A stretch of 63,647 nt of DNA, filler included, from Octopus bimaculoides (taxonomy: Eukaryota), in assembly GCF_001194135.2 (NCBI RefSeq). It is 5 parts of 5 records of this genome, joined end to end, with 100 filler letters (N's around TTAATTAATTAA, not from the genome) between each part and the next. Parts side by side here need not be neighbours in the genome. Positions count along the whole stretch, not along the records: positions 1 to 29,492 come from NC_068986.1; positions 29,593 to 44,478 come from NC_068983.1; 3 more parts are not named here. The stretch is one strand, 5' to 3'. Each line of letters starts with the position of its first letter. The first letter of the stretch is position 1. This document shows, piece by piece, positions 24,749 through 38,639 of this stretch. Both the position numbers and the translations under genes were made by a program. Below the pieces are notes generated by a model that made no database searches, had not been told where the DNA came from, and saw nothing but the letters and a program-made list of their open reading frames with translations.

Positions 24749-25330
24749 TAGTAAAATTAAAGTGCAGCTTGTAACTGTAGTCCTGGGTCCATCTACCCTC
24801 TACAAACCCATGTAGAAGATCTAATGTAATTTATAAATGCACTGTCCTCAACACATTACGCAATTCTACAGCTATATATATATATATATAGGATCAACCA
24901 TAAATTTTAAACAGCGATATGATGCTCATCTCAGTTCATTTAGATATGAGAAATACAGTAAATCCACAACATTCACCAGTCACATACATCATCTCAAAAA
25001 TAGAAATATTCCCTATATTTTGTCATGGTCCATAATAGATTCAGGGCTTCCATATCAAAGTCACCGTTTAGCCTTAAGCTATCCCTAAAAGAGGCATTCC
25101 ACATATTAAAACACAACTCCTTGCCACTACTAAATAAATATAATGAGGCCCTAAGTACATGCAACCACCGCTTTTTTCATACCTTCAAATTTTACCACAA
25201 ATCTAAATGCAACCTAAATAACCACACAGCATATATCCACAGCACCCCTTAGGTAATCCTCAACAACCCTACTTAACTTTCCTTTAACTCCATTTTAATT
25301 TTTTAACTTTCGTATCTTACTTTTAGGATC
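24749..25330 (+). mobile_element. Penelope-like element, GIY-YIG endonuclease fragment
   Basis: CNCSPGSIYPL..PCRRSNVIYKCTV...YIGSTINFKQRYDAHLSSFRYEKY...WSIIDSGLPY...FHILKHNSLPLLNKYNEALSTCNHR, frameshifted. Confidence 0.85.
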
Positions 25331-25443
25331 TCAATCATTTAATACTACATATATGGACATGCAAGCAAATACATGTATGTGTGTAAATGTGTGTGCATGT
25401 ATATTTGTGTATGTATGTATATGTATGTGGGTATATGTATGTA

Positions 25444-25520
<77 letters not shown>

Positions 25521-26195
25521 ATACATGCATATGTATATACAAATATATATGAATGTATGTGTATATATGTATATGTATGTACCTGTATGCGCGTGAGTGT
25601 GACTGCGTATAAGCTCCAGTCATCTGCACTTATATATGTGCATGTGCATGTATGTGTATATGTATGCGCATGCATATGCATGTATGAATGTGCTTGGAAA
25701 GTTCTCTGATTGTGAGACTTGGCTTCTTTACAGCTTCATGTTTAATTCGAGGCAGAGAACGTTGAGAAACAGCCCTCGACTGACCCTTGTCAGCTCTCTT
25801 ATGTACCTATGTAGAAGCAACTTTTTCACAGTCTGGTGATATCTTCCAATCATTTTTAGATATTTCTAATGTTGATTAACCTTTTGCAAGTTCAGAAGTA
25901 ATTACAGATTTCTCTGAAGTAGTTAAGTCACATTTACGACCCATAATTACACGCATATCAGATCACTCGTTAATAATTTGGAACACTGATAGTTCCTGAA
26001 AATCATGCAAATGTTTGCAGTTTGTTTACACTTGTGCAAATCCTCAGGTTTTTTTTTACACACCAAGTGCATGTAACTGTTGCCATAATTCTGTGTAAAT
26101 TTCGTTGAATTCCAAAGAGTAGTTTTAAGTAAAATAAACAAATATTAAGCTGTTATTAATTTGAAATGCTGTGTATATATATATATATATGTATG

Positions 26196-26226
<31 letters not shown>

Positions 26227-26529
26227 ATATGTATGTATGTATGTATATATGTATGTACGTACTAACATACGTATAAATGTGTGTGTGCATATTGATATAC
26301 ACATATACACTTTACATACAACTGTATAAATGAGCATATATTTATATACAAACATACATTATAGATGACTATACACATAACATACATTTATACACACTCA
26401 TACAATTCACGCACATGCATTGGTGTTATGTGCATTGTATATATAATCGTACAAAAGGACTTGTATCCAGATGCAGGATATATATATGCTTATATATGTG
26501 TGTGCATGTATATATATGTGTGTGTCTAT

Positions 26530-27290
26530 CATTCTCTGAGCTTTCCATTGACTCCAGTCTGACCCCTCCACTTTGCACATCTTCTTTAACCTACCCCTTT
26601 CCTCCTTCAAAGGAGCTCATAACCTGCGTAACCTCTTGTTCCACATTTTTCTTCCCTGCCCCTGCCTCCCAGCCTGGTTCCTTCTTCTGTTCTTGCCCAC
26701 ACTGTTGTACCTGCGCCTACATCACCAACACCACTATCCTCACTGGTACCCATCATCATCCCTATCATGTCACCAAATCCTTTACCTGCACCTCTAGTAG
26801 TGTTATTTACTGCATCGCCTGCTCTCTCTATCCTTCCCTGTACATTGGTCAAATGAGACGCTGCTTGCCTGACCAGTTTGCTGAGCACTTCCGAGACACC
26901 AAACATGGCAATGACAGCCTGGCGTTGTGCCACTTCTGCTCTACCGGTCATTCACTACATCTGTCTGTGTTTGGACTGTCTCTGCACAGGGGCATGTGGA
27001 CTCCCACCTTCGCCGTGAACAGGATTTAATCTTCTCTCTTTGTTCCTTTGTGCCATATGGGTTCAACTCACTACCTCTCTTCATCTGACACCACCTGCAC
27101 ACAAATTCCCACACACCTCCCATATTCAACTGCCCGCCTCCACCTACACACGTGCATACCACCTACGTCTGTACCCTCACCACACACACACTACAATACA
27201 GACACCCATACTTACTGTTCAGCTCATTACTCACTTCACACACCATTACACACACACCCACAAACACCTTCCCATTCCATATACACACAG

Positions 27291-27300
<10 letters not shown>
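26530..27300 (+). mobile_element. Penelope-like element, GIY-YIG endonuclease fragment (second family)
   Basis: FTCTSSSVIYCIACSLYPSLYIGQMRRCLPDQFAEHFRD...CHFCSTGHS, followed by a QDLIFSL-type terminus. Confidence 0.9.
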
Positions 27301-27349
<49 letters not shown>

Positions 27350-27827
27350 NNNNNNNNNNNNNNNNNNNNNNNNNNNNNNNNNNNNNNNNNNNNNNNNNNN
27401 NNNNNNNNNNNNNNNNNNNNNNNNNNNNNNNNNNNNNNNNNNNNNNNNNNNNNNNNNNNNNNNNNNNNNNNNNNNNNNNNNNNNNNNNNNNNNNNNNNNN
27501 NNNNNNNNNNNNNNNNNNNNNNNNNNNNNNNNNNNNNNNNNNNNNNNNNNNNNNNNNNNNNNNNNNNNNNNNNNNNNNNNNNNNNNNNNNNNNNNNNNNN
27601 NNNNNNNNNNNNNNNNNNNNNNNNNNNNNNNNNNNNNNNNNNNNNNNNNNNNNNNNNNNNNNNNNNNNNNNNNNNNNNNNNNNNNNNNNNNNNNNNNNNN
27701 NNNNNNNNNNNNNNNNNNNNNNNNNNNNNNNNNNNNNNNNNNNNNNNNNNNNNNNNNNNNNNNNNNNNNNNNNNNNNNNNNNNNNNNNNNNNNNNNNNNN
27801 NNNTATATATATATATATATATATATA

Positions 27828-28080
27828 TGTGAGGGACTGGCTCTTGTGCAGGTGGCACATAAAAGACACCATTTCGAGCGTGGCCGTTTTCGTGCGGGTG
27901 ACACGTAAAAGCACCCACTACACTCTCTGAGTGGTTAGCGTTAGGAAGGGCATCCAGCTGTAGAAACTCTGCCAAATTAGATTGGAGCCTGGTGTTGCCA
28001 TCCGGTTTCACCAGTCCTCAGTCAAATCGTCCAACCCATGCTAGCATGGAAAGCGGACGTTAAACGATGATGATGATGAT
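27828..28080 (+). mobile_element. Retroposon family C, 3' part with (GAT)n tail
   Basis: ...GCATGGAAAGCGGACGTTAAACGATGATGATGAT; multi-copy in the window. Confidence 0.8.
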
Positions 28081-31000
28081 ATACATAAATCCAAATATCC
28101 AAAGTTGTAGATGTTGCATAAATATGTAAGAAATCTCCTTTTGTTGAAATAACTAATAGTAATTTCTAACATAGGGACAAGACAAGGCCAGAAATTTAAA
28201 AGGTAGAAAGTGTTGATAAAATCAACTCCAATACTTGACTGGTGTTTTATTGTATTACGTATGGAAAGATGAAAGGTAGAGGTATATATAAAGTACCATT
28301 CAAATACTTATTATCCCTTAAATTTCTGGATTTGTCTGGTCCCTATGTTACAAATTATTAATTGTTATTTTAAGACAAGAATCTACTCCTATGTTGTCAT
28401 TCAGCCTGCTAAAGACAGCAGTCAAATTTTCTTTAAATCACAGGAATAACATTAAATATCTTCAAAAAGGTCTCTGATACTACAATGTAAAACTAATATG
28501 CATTGGATATCAAGTTTCTAATACCTTATTGAAAACTGGAGTATTAGATATATGATACCTGAGAAAAAAAAAAAGAAACAAGAAAAAGACAAGTGGTCAT
28601 AGATGGAGTGCTTTTTTTTCACAGGTTTGCTCAATTAGATTTGACCTGATACCGAAAAAAAAAGTAATAAACAGCAACAGCATGATTTTATCTGAATCCT
28701 GTTCCCTGAAAGTAATGTTTTAGTATATAGCGATTCAAAGTAGCAGCTGATGTAAGTCGGTATTGCTTCAATATCAGTTAATTTGTATTTGCTCAAATGT
28801 CGCATGGCTGAGTGGATTGGTTACTGAAACATGAGTTGGTATCAGGAATATTTTGGGGAAGACAGGTTGTGAATTCATATTTCTGAGTGTCATGTTCTTG
28901 GCAGAAATATGAGAAGTTAATAGTTTATAGACTTAGCAACGTTTTCTGTTGTTGCCCAAGAGGAATTTTGATTCTTCATAGTTGAACTCACTAGCAGTCA
29001 CAGATAAAATATAAACCATATTGGCATTTATTGCATATTCATATACTCACACATGGATATATATATATACGTATACACACCAACATACATGACACACATT
29101 GATACACATACACACACACACACACATTTATGTATAGATATGTACTGTATATGTGTGTGTGTGTGTGTGTATATATATATACATACACACATATCTCACA
29201 ATATAGAAAAGTATACATCTCTCGCTCTGTGTGTGTGTGTGTGTGTGTGTGCGTGTGTGTCAAAACCACCCAGCCCATACCAGTATTGAAAACAGATGTT
29301 AAATGATGATGATATGGTAGGAAACTTTCTCCCCAACTACATGGTTCTGGGTTCATTCCCACTTCATGGCATCTTGGGTAAGTGTCTTCTACTATAGCCT
29401 TAGGCTGACCAAAGCCTTGCGAGTGGATTTGGTAGACTGAAACAAGCCCATCATATATATATATATAAAAGTTTCTGTCTACCAAATCCACTNNNNNNNN
29501 NNNNNNNNNNNNNNNNNNNNNNNNNNNNNNNNNNNNTTAATTAATTAANNNNNNNNNNNNNNNNNNNNNNNNNNNNNNNNNNNNNNNNNNNNAATTATAA
29601 AGCGAAATGAATGGTAGATTCAGACTGTCCGTATTTTAAAACCGTATTTTTTCTCCAGAAGTTCATGGCTTCATAGGAATAAGCGTGGGAAACTGCATCA
29701 AGATAACCAATTGTCAAATTTTTTTACTTCCTTTTAAAAAATGCAGATTTTGTGAATGAAGCAAACTAGATCCTGAATAAATATTTGTTTAATATGACAA
29801 ATTTTCAGGGTTTATTTTACATCATTTTAAAACGGGGCTGATTTTGTGACTCAAACTAACTAGATCCAGCTACAGTGAATACCATCCTCCACAATTTGCT
29901 ACTCATATGAAGTACATATGTATTTCAACAATTTCTATCAAATACCCTCTCTTTCTTGAGCATTAAAAAACCTCTTCCCAGGTGACAATAACTTATATGT
30001 CAGATTGTTGCACAAGTTCTAGCTGTTTTGATAAGGGAAATAGGAAAGGTTTGAAATGATTTCATTGGCATTTACTTGTACCAAAGAGCACTCCTTCGAT
30101 AGGCAACACGTTGATCTCATAAGTATTGCGTGGTGGAAATAAACACAATTACCAAACTTTCAATTCATTATTTNNNNNNNNNNNNNNNNNNNNNNNNNNN
30201 NNNNNNNNNNNNNNNNNNNNNNNNNNNNNNNNNNNNNNNNNNNNNNNNNNNNNNNNNNNNNNNNNNNNNNNNNNNNNNNNNNNNNNNNNNNNNNNNNNNN
30301 NNNNNNNNNNNNNNNNNNNNNNNNNNNNNNNNNNNNNNNNNNNNNNNNNNNNNNNNNNNNNNNNNNNNNNNNNNNNNNNNNNNNNNNNNNNNNNNNNNNN
30401 NNNNNNNNNNNNNNNNNNNNNNNNNNNNNNNNNNNNNNNNNNNNNNNNNNNNNNNNNNTATATATATGTATATGTGTGTTTGTGTGTGTGTGTATGTGTG
30501 TGTACATATATGTATGCATATATATGTATGTATGTGTGTAAATACACATCCATTGATCCATCCATCCATCCATCCATCCATCCATCCATCCATCCACGTA
30601 TACATACATACATAATTCGTTGTGCAACATTTTAAAAGGAATTACACGAACTTACGAATGATTGAGCTATGAATTCCTTCACAATTCTGTCCGCTGGGCA
30701 AACATTTTGAAATGAGGCATGAAGCTCTCGAGTTATAGAAGAGGTAAACGGAAGACGGTGACATTAATGCTTCTTTCCCGATCATTAACGAACGATAGCG
30801 ACGAAGCGATTCTAAATGAATACCAATGATATTGGGCTAAAAACACACACATGTATACACATGTATCACATATTCATACTGACATGCACGCATTTTTATG
30901 CGCACACTCATATACAGGAGGGTACGATGCGATTTAAGCTACAAGGAAAACTTTTGTCAAATCATTGGTATAATATTGGAACACTTTGATCTCGATGGTT

Positions 31001-31279
31001 CTTCCAACTGATCGGAAATTTATGAGATAGAAAACTGATGGAAAGCAACACGCCTTACAATCAAAAGATCTTATAATTATCGATTAGCGCGTGGCTATAG
31101 TTTTCATTGTGTTGCATATTCTATCAATATTAAACATAGCACACACGCAACACATACTTTCAGTCGGACGGCCGACCGCGTATTGAATTGCTTTATAAAC
31201 AGATGAGATAATTAAGCAAAATACGGCTGAAGAGGCCTAAAATGATTATTAACCACATATTCACACACGCACACACACA

Positions 31280-31325
<46 letters not shown>

Positions 31326-31617
31326 NNNNNNNNNNNNNNNNNNNNNNNNNNNNNNNNNNNNNNNNNNNNNNNNNNNNNNNNNNNNNNNNNNNNNNNNNNN
31401 NNNNNNNNNNNNNNNNNNNNNNNNNNNNNNNNNNNNNNNNNNNNNNNNNNNNNNNNNNNNNNNNNNNNNNNNNNNNNNNNNNNNNNNNNNNNNNNNNNNN
31501 NNNNNNNNNNNNNNNNNNNNNNNNNNNNNNNNNNNNNNNNNNNNNNNNNNNNNNNNNNNNNNNNNNNNNNNNNNNNNNNNNNNNNNNNNNNNNNNNNNNN
31601 NNNNNNNNNNNNNNNNN

Positions 31618-31656
<39 letters not shown>

Positions 31657-31878
31657 CACACATATAAATATATATATATACATGTATATATATATATATG
31701 TTTGCATGTATATTTGTAATAATATACTTATATAAAAGTGTGTGTATGTATATATGTGTGTGTGTAGATGCATACATGAGTGTTTATACACACACACATA
31801 TATAAATACATATACATGCTATTTCATATATATGTATATATGTATGTACATATATATATTCATATATATATACATATA

Positions 31879-31916
<38 letters not shown>

Positions 31917-32032
31917 TGTAAGGATTCAATACGAAGATGTAAAATACATAAATACAAAAATTTTCCCTGGACTATAAAATTTCGTTTTGTATCCGATAAA
32001 CATAATCATATAATAAAAATAAAACTACTACA

Positions 32033-32065
<33 letters not shown>

Positions 32066-32257
32066 GGTGGTGATGGTGGTGGTGGTGATATTGGTGGTTT
32101 TATCTACCACCAGGGCGACGAATGAGGAAGATACAAGGACGGACGTAAAGCGTGAGGATTTACACAGAATGGAATAATTGAAAAAAAGGCATGCATAGCA
32201 TCCAGTAGCAACAAAAGTAATGAATGCAAGTATACAGGGTATACAGCATAAGAAAAA

Positions 32258-32308
<51 letters not shown>

Positions 32309-32548
32309 GTGATGAGGGTGGTGGTGGTGATGGTGTTGATGATGATGATGATGGTGATGATGAAATGTAAAAAAACTGTTTTTTATGCCCACAGGTTGGA
32401 TACTTTTTAAACACACTTCGTATATTATTATTATTACTATTATTATTATTGTTGCTGTTGTTTTTGTTGTTGTTATTATTATTATTATTATTGTTGTTGT
32501 TGTTGTTGTTGTTGTTGTTATTATTATTATTATTATCATTATTATTAA

Positions 32549-33000
32549 AGGCGGCGAGCTGGTAGAATCGTTAGCNNNNNNNNNNNNNNNNNNNNNNNNN
32601 NNNNNNNNNNNNNNNNNNNNNNNNNNNNNNNNNNNNNNNNNNNNNNNNNNNNNNNNNNNNNNNNNNNNNNNNNNNNCAATTAAGTAAGTACCAGTGAAAT
32701 ACTGAGTCGATCTAATCGACTGACCCCGCCCTCTCTCAAAATTTCAGGCCTTATGCCTGTAATAGAAGGGATCATTATTATTATTTAAGGCGGCGAGCTG
32801 ACAGAATCGTTAGCAAAACGGGCAAAATGCTTAGCGGCATTTCGTCCGTCTCTACGTTCTGAGTTCAAATACCGCCGAGGTTGACTTTGCCTTTCATCTT
32901 TTTAGAGTCGATAAATTAAGTACCAGTTGAGTACTGGGGTCGATGTAATCGACTTAACCCCTCACCCCCAAATTTCAGACCGTATGCCAATAGTGGAAAG
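32549..33000 (+). mobile_element. Two adjacent SINE family B copies
   Basis: GGCGGCGAGCTG heads at 32549 and 32788; B-box GAGTTCAAATACC. Confidence 0.85.
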
Positions 33001-33014
33001 AATTAATATTTTTA

Positions 33015-34130
33015 AAGGTGAAGGTGGGGTTAAGACAGGGTTGTGTGATGCCTCCGTGGTTGTTTAATCGATATATGGATGGTGTGGTAAGAGGTGAATG
33101 CTAGAACCTTTGGTAGGAGAGTTCTAGTGGTAGGAGAAAATGAAGAGAAATAGCAGGTGAGTCAGTTGTTACTTGCTGATGTTACAGGACTGGTGACGGA
33201 TTCGGAAGAGCAACTGAGGAGACTGGTGGTAGAGTTTGGAAGAAAGCTGAAAGTGAATGCAACTAAGAGTAAGGTGATGAGATGTTCGAGTGATGGAATG
33301 GTTGGTAGGATGAATGTAAGTATAAATGGTGAGATGTTAGAGGAGGTGAGTGTTTTTAAGTATCTGGGATCACATGTGACAGCGGATTGGGGGGGGGAGT
33401 GTCTGAGGAAGTGGGATACAGAGTGAGAGAGGGGAGTAAGATACTTGGAGTTGTGAAAGGTATGCTGAAAGATAAAAGGTTGAGTATGAAAGCGAAAAGC
33501 TGTGTGTATGAGGGCGGGATTGTGCCGACAATGTTATATGGTGCAGAGACGTGGGGTATGAGAGAGGAGGAAAGGAGGCAACTAGATGTGTTTGAGATGA
33601 GATGTTTGAAGGCTATGGTTGGTGTGACATGGATGGACAGGATGAAAAAGGAGGATGTTCGAAAGCGAGCAGGAGTGAGAGAAAATCTAACAACCAGAAT
33701 GGATAGACGAATGTTGAGTTGGTTTGGCCACATGGAGAGGATGGATGAGGAACGGATGGTAAGGGGGTGATGAAGGCAGAAGTGATAGGAAACAGAACCA
33801 GAAATAGACCTCGGTTTGTGTTTATGGATGGAGTGAGGAAAGCTTTGGTGGTTAGAGGTGTTGGAGTGAGAGAGGCAAGAGAGTTTATAAATGATAGGAA
33901 AACTTGGATAGTGTTTGTGGATGGATGAGTGAATTGATGTTGCTCAAATGGGGACGGAACCAGCATGATGTGACGGGGTAAACCAGAATATGTTGTCGGG
34001 CTCCACTGCTGATATCGGGGGTTGCGCTCTATGCCTTGACCCGAGTATAGGACGGAGCTCGCCTCTTTGAGCTGGGAAATGAATGGAATGTCTGGTGTGT
34101 GTGTCTTGTTGTGGTTACCCCCTCCTAAAA
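33015..34130 (+). mobile_element. 5'-truncated RTE-clade LINE (3' part of RT plus 3' UTR)
   Basis: GLRQGCVM, LLLADVT (from FADD), KVNATKSKVM, FKYLGS, VPTMLYGAETW, FEMRCLK and LSWFGHMERM; frameshifted. Confidence 0.93.
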
Positions 34131-35085
34131 AATGGGGAATAGGCCTAGCTATATATATATATATNNNNNNNNNNNNNNNNNNNNNNNNNNNNNNNNNNNN
34201 NNNNNNNNNNNNNNNNNNNNNNNNNNNNNNNNNNNNNNNNNNNNNNNNNNNNNNNNNNNNNNNNNNNNNNNNNNNNNNNNNNNNNNNNNNNNNNNNNNNN
34301 NNNNNNNNNNNNNNNNNNNNNNNNNNNNNNNNNNNNNNNNNNNNNNNNNNNNNNNNNNNNNNNNNNTATATATATTATCGTAGGTTATGCTGAGTTTACT
34401 CTTTTGTAGAAGCCAGAAGTTTCACTATTACGATTGTCACATGTACTGACATGATGTTTTTGAATCCATATATTTAGGATTCGAAGAATGAATTTAACAG
34501 TCGAGTAGTTCCACGTTATAATGCATGTTGTCTGTAGTCACGATACTAGATAGACCATCATACCGCACCACACCCAAAATAATAATAAATAAAAGATAAT
34601 TCCTTCTTTTTTGAATGGTCATGCAATATAGCCACAAGCTTATTTCACCTTATACATCTAATACGATAACGTTCCCAATACAGTCACCTATTCAAACTAT
34701 TCAATAAAAATAACGTCAAAATCAGTTATACTTGTTGCCCCAAATCTGGTTACTACTATCATCAGGATCAACAACTGAAATTCTACATTTAGAAGTTTTA
34801 AAAAATTGTGTTATTTCAAAGAAACTGCAGTAATATAACACCCTACTCCCTAGATAGTGACTCACAAAAACACTTGCGTACAGTATAAAGGTGAGCTCCG
34901 AAGAAGTGTCGAAACAAAGTTACATTGGCTTTATTGAAAACACAATTAAGCGTAGGTATAAACTTATACATATTCCTGAAACATAATTGAAAAACATAAC
35001 TTATTTTTCTCAATATTGGATTTAAAGGAATAATATACAAATATGTTCAGAAGCAAACTAATAGTTGTGTTCGTGTGTGTGTGAT

Positions 35086-35144
<59 letters not shown>

Positions 35145-35179
35145 ATGTGTGTATGTTTATGTACATTTATATATATTTA

Positions 35180-35510
35180 TGGTGAAGGCACATAGCTCAG
35201 CGGTTTGAACGTCGGGCTCACATTCATGAGGTTGTAAGTTCGATTCCTGGACCGGAGTGTGTATTGTGTTCTTGAGCAAGATATTTTATTTCAAGTTGCT
35301 CTGTAGAAACGAGTTGCGACGTCTCTAGTGCCAAGCTGTATCAGCCTTTGCCTTTCCCTTGGATAACATCAGTGGCGTGGAGAGAAGAGACCTGTATGCA
35401 TGGGTGACCGCTGATCTTCCATAAACAACCTTACTCGGACTTGTGCCTCAAAGGGTACCTTTCTAGTTGCAATCCCATGGTCATTCAAGACCCAAAGGGA
35501 TCTTTACCCA
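35180..35510 (+). mobile_element. tRNA-derived SINE, further family
   Basis: A box TAGCTCAGCGG and B box AGTTCGATTCC followed by a non-tRNA body. Confidence 0.7.
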
Positions 35511-36384
35511 TTATCTTATATATTTATATATGTGTGTACATATGTTTATATATATATATATATGCATATATGTGCATTCATATTAATATGTATATATACA
35601 TATAGAAACATACACATTTATTTATACGTACATCAATATATACGTACATCAATATATTCATATGTATACATATGTATTATATAAAAGAATATATGCGTAG
35701 TGGGTGAGGAGTGTTTGCGTGCGTATATGTGTGAACGCTGCACAAACCACCAGGGATTCGTTAGGATTTAATGCAATTCACTGAAAAATTTTCAAGTATT
35801 TTCTCTTTGGCTCTTTTGAAACTCAGAAAAATCTAATTTCTTTTGTAAGTAAATAATATTTTAACTACAAAATTTTCCGTATTGAAACGGAAATAAACAT
35901 TTCCTATTTCAACCTACACATAGTCAAAGAATTCTTCCAGCTTCTCAATCCAAATGACTAGCAAATACTCCTATATTTTGTAACAAAAATAATAAATTGA
36001 AGATTACATGAAACACCGCATATTCGATATTTACTCTCAAACAAATATTCTTTTTCTTTGCTTTACTTTTTACCTTTTGAAATGAAGAACTTAAGACAAT
36101 TCTCAACATCCTATTGTGTTCACCTAATATGAAACCCAAAGATTGAAAGCATCTCATCCAAATTATTTTAAATAAGAGTGAAAGTACAACAGCAACTACA
36201 ACAGCAACAATAATAATTTCTAGACATACGCACATTGCTGTTTCTTTCTTATACATCAACAAATATAATGTTTATACAATTCACACACGAACACATACAA
36301 GATTCCACTCTTAAACAAAAGAAGCAAACATCGAACAAAGGATTTAAATGACTTTAACAAAATATGCAAAAGGTTTCTTTTTAA

Positions 36385-36630
36385 GCAGTGGAAAGGAGCA
36401 GTTATGCTCATTGATAAAGTTATCAAGAAACTGATCAAGTATAAAGATCTTGAAATAGAGATTGGTAAAATGTGGAACCTCAAGACTAAAACAATACCTG
36501 TTGTCATAGGTACCCTATAAATGATAGCAAAAGGGGCTGATTAGTATCTAGCTCAGATACCAGGAAATCCCAAAATGGAAGAAATAAAAAAATAGTGCGC
36601 ATATCCTAAATAAAATATTGTCTATGTAAT
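36385..36630 (+). mobile_element. Decayed C-terminus of an RLE-type (R4/Dong-like) LINE
   Basis: KLIKYKDLEIEIGKMWNLKTKTIPVVIGTL with in-frame stops. Confidence 0.75.
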
Positions 36631-37586
36631 CTCATATTTTAAAACAAACTTATAATAATTTTCTTATGTTTTCTTAAACATTCTCTAGAACAATACTTTG
36701 TGCAAAACCAAATATATGCACCTTAGCCATAACACCAACTTGAACTTCTAACTTGTCTCATGAGGTCTCTGGGTGAGACTTTGAGTCAACTTGTAGAAAT
36801 ACAAAGCAAAAGTCAAACATCAAAGGGTTGGACTATACCCGAGTAAGTAATACTCATTGAAATTTATTTCTATTTTTCCAAATATAATGATGTATTTTAA
36901 CTTGATACCTCCACTGCCCGCACAGCGATCGTAAACACACGTGTTACATCAAAATCAAACCATCTTCGAACCCAAAACACCATGTACAAAAAAATTACAA
37001 ACAGATTAAATAACACCGGTATTATTCCACCCAAGAATAACAACCGAGAAGTACGTACTGTAAGCTTGTTACGAAAAAAGTACGAAGATATGAACGTGCA
37101 AAACAATCTGACAACAGAAATAANNNNNNNNNNNNNNNNNNNNNNNNNNNNNNNNNNNNNNNNNNNNNNNNNNNNNNNNNNNNNNNNNNNNNNNNNNNNN
37201 NNNNNNNNNNNNNNNNNNNNNNNNNNNNNNNNNNNNNNNNNNNNNNNNNNNNNNNNNNNNNNNNNNNNNNNNNNNNNNNNNNNNNNNNNNNNNNNNNNNN
37301 NNNNNNNNNNNNNNNNNNNNNNNNNNNNNNNNNNNNNNNNNNNNNNNNNNNNNNNNNNNNNNNNNNNNNNNNNNNNNNNNNNNNNNNNNNNNNNNNNNNN
37401 NNNNNNNNNNNNNNNNNNNNNNNNNNNNNNNNNNNNNNNNNNNNNNNNNNNNNNNNNNNNNNNNNNNNNNNNNNNNNNNNNNNNNNNNNNNNNNNNNNNN
37501 NNNNNNNNNNNNNNNNNNNNNNNNNNNNNNNNNNNNNNNNNNNNNNNNNNNNNNNNNNNNNNNNNNNNNNNNNNNNNNNNNNNNNN

Positions 37587-37630
<44 letters not shown>

Positions 37631-38254
37631 TGAAACCGTATGGCATATTACCAGCCAATGTACGCCACCAGCCCAGAAGGAATATAAGAGACGCCACGAC
37701 AATATAGCCAGGTTTGTCCATTGGACACTTTGCAACAACTATGGACTTGACAGAGCAAAAAATTGGTACGACCACAACCTTAAAGGCATCGTCGAAAATG
37801 GAAATGCAAAGATCCTATGGGATTTTATGATTCAGTGCGACCATGGGATAGAGAATAGGAAGCCAGACATAGTCTTAATTGAGAAAGAAAACAAACTATG
37901 CTGGATCATAGATATAACATGCCCAGCTGACAACAAGGTATGCGATAAGAAAGAAAGAAAAGTCAAAAGATATGACAGGTTAGCTTGGGAAGTTAAGCAA
38001 TTGTGGTTGATGAAAACGTTAGCAGTAGTACCAGTAATTGTCGGAGCCCTGGGAACAGTGAGCAAACATCTTGAGAAGTACATGGAACAAATAGGGGCTG
38101 CAATAAGGGTGGATCACTTGCAGAAGACAGCAGTGCTTGGAACCACTCGAATACTCCGGAAGGTGCTCGAAAAATAAAGTGTGTTACCTTAGTTAACTGG
38201 TGGTGAACAGCTGACACTGTAATACATCCCCAGCGTTAGAAGCTGTGCAAAAGC

Positions 38255-38255
<1 letters not shown>
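37631..38255 (+). mobile_element. R4/Dong-like LINE 3' fragment (zinc finger end plus restriction-like endonuclease) embedded in (TAA)n
   Basis: Open frame 37632-38177: ETVWHITSQC...EYKRRHDNIARFVHW...RKPDIVLIEK...IIDITCP...KVKRY..L...VVPVIVGALG. (TAA)n on both sides. Confidence 0.9.
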
Positions 38256-38309
<54 letters not shown>

Positions 38310-38639
38310 GTAATAATTCTTTCTACTTTAGGCATAAGGCCTGAAATTTGGGGGCTGAGAATAGTCGATTACATCGACCCCAATACTCAACTGGTACTTA
38401 ATTTTTCGACTCCGAAAGCATGAAAGGCAAAGTCGACCTCAGTCCGAAATTTGGGGGGAAGCGGAAGTCGATTACATCTTTCAGTTTCCGCCTACCAACT
38501 GTGTGTGTGTGTGTGTCCTTGTGCCTGTGTTTGTCCCCCACCACCTCTTGCTGTTGGTAAGTGCTGGGGGGGGGGCGACAAACACAAAAGAGACCGATAG
38601 AATAAGTACCAGGCTTAAAAAATAAGTACTGGGTTCGAT

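Noticed and set aside
10895-35260. A/B-box segments at 10895 and 35180 as tRNA genes
   Set aside because: No complete cloverleaf, and they continue into SINE bodies.
35945-36262. 105-aa ORF with a TM-like start
   Set aside because: The hydrophobic run comes from an (ATT)/(GTT) microsatellite, and no phase-consistent chain with neighbouring candidates was found.
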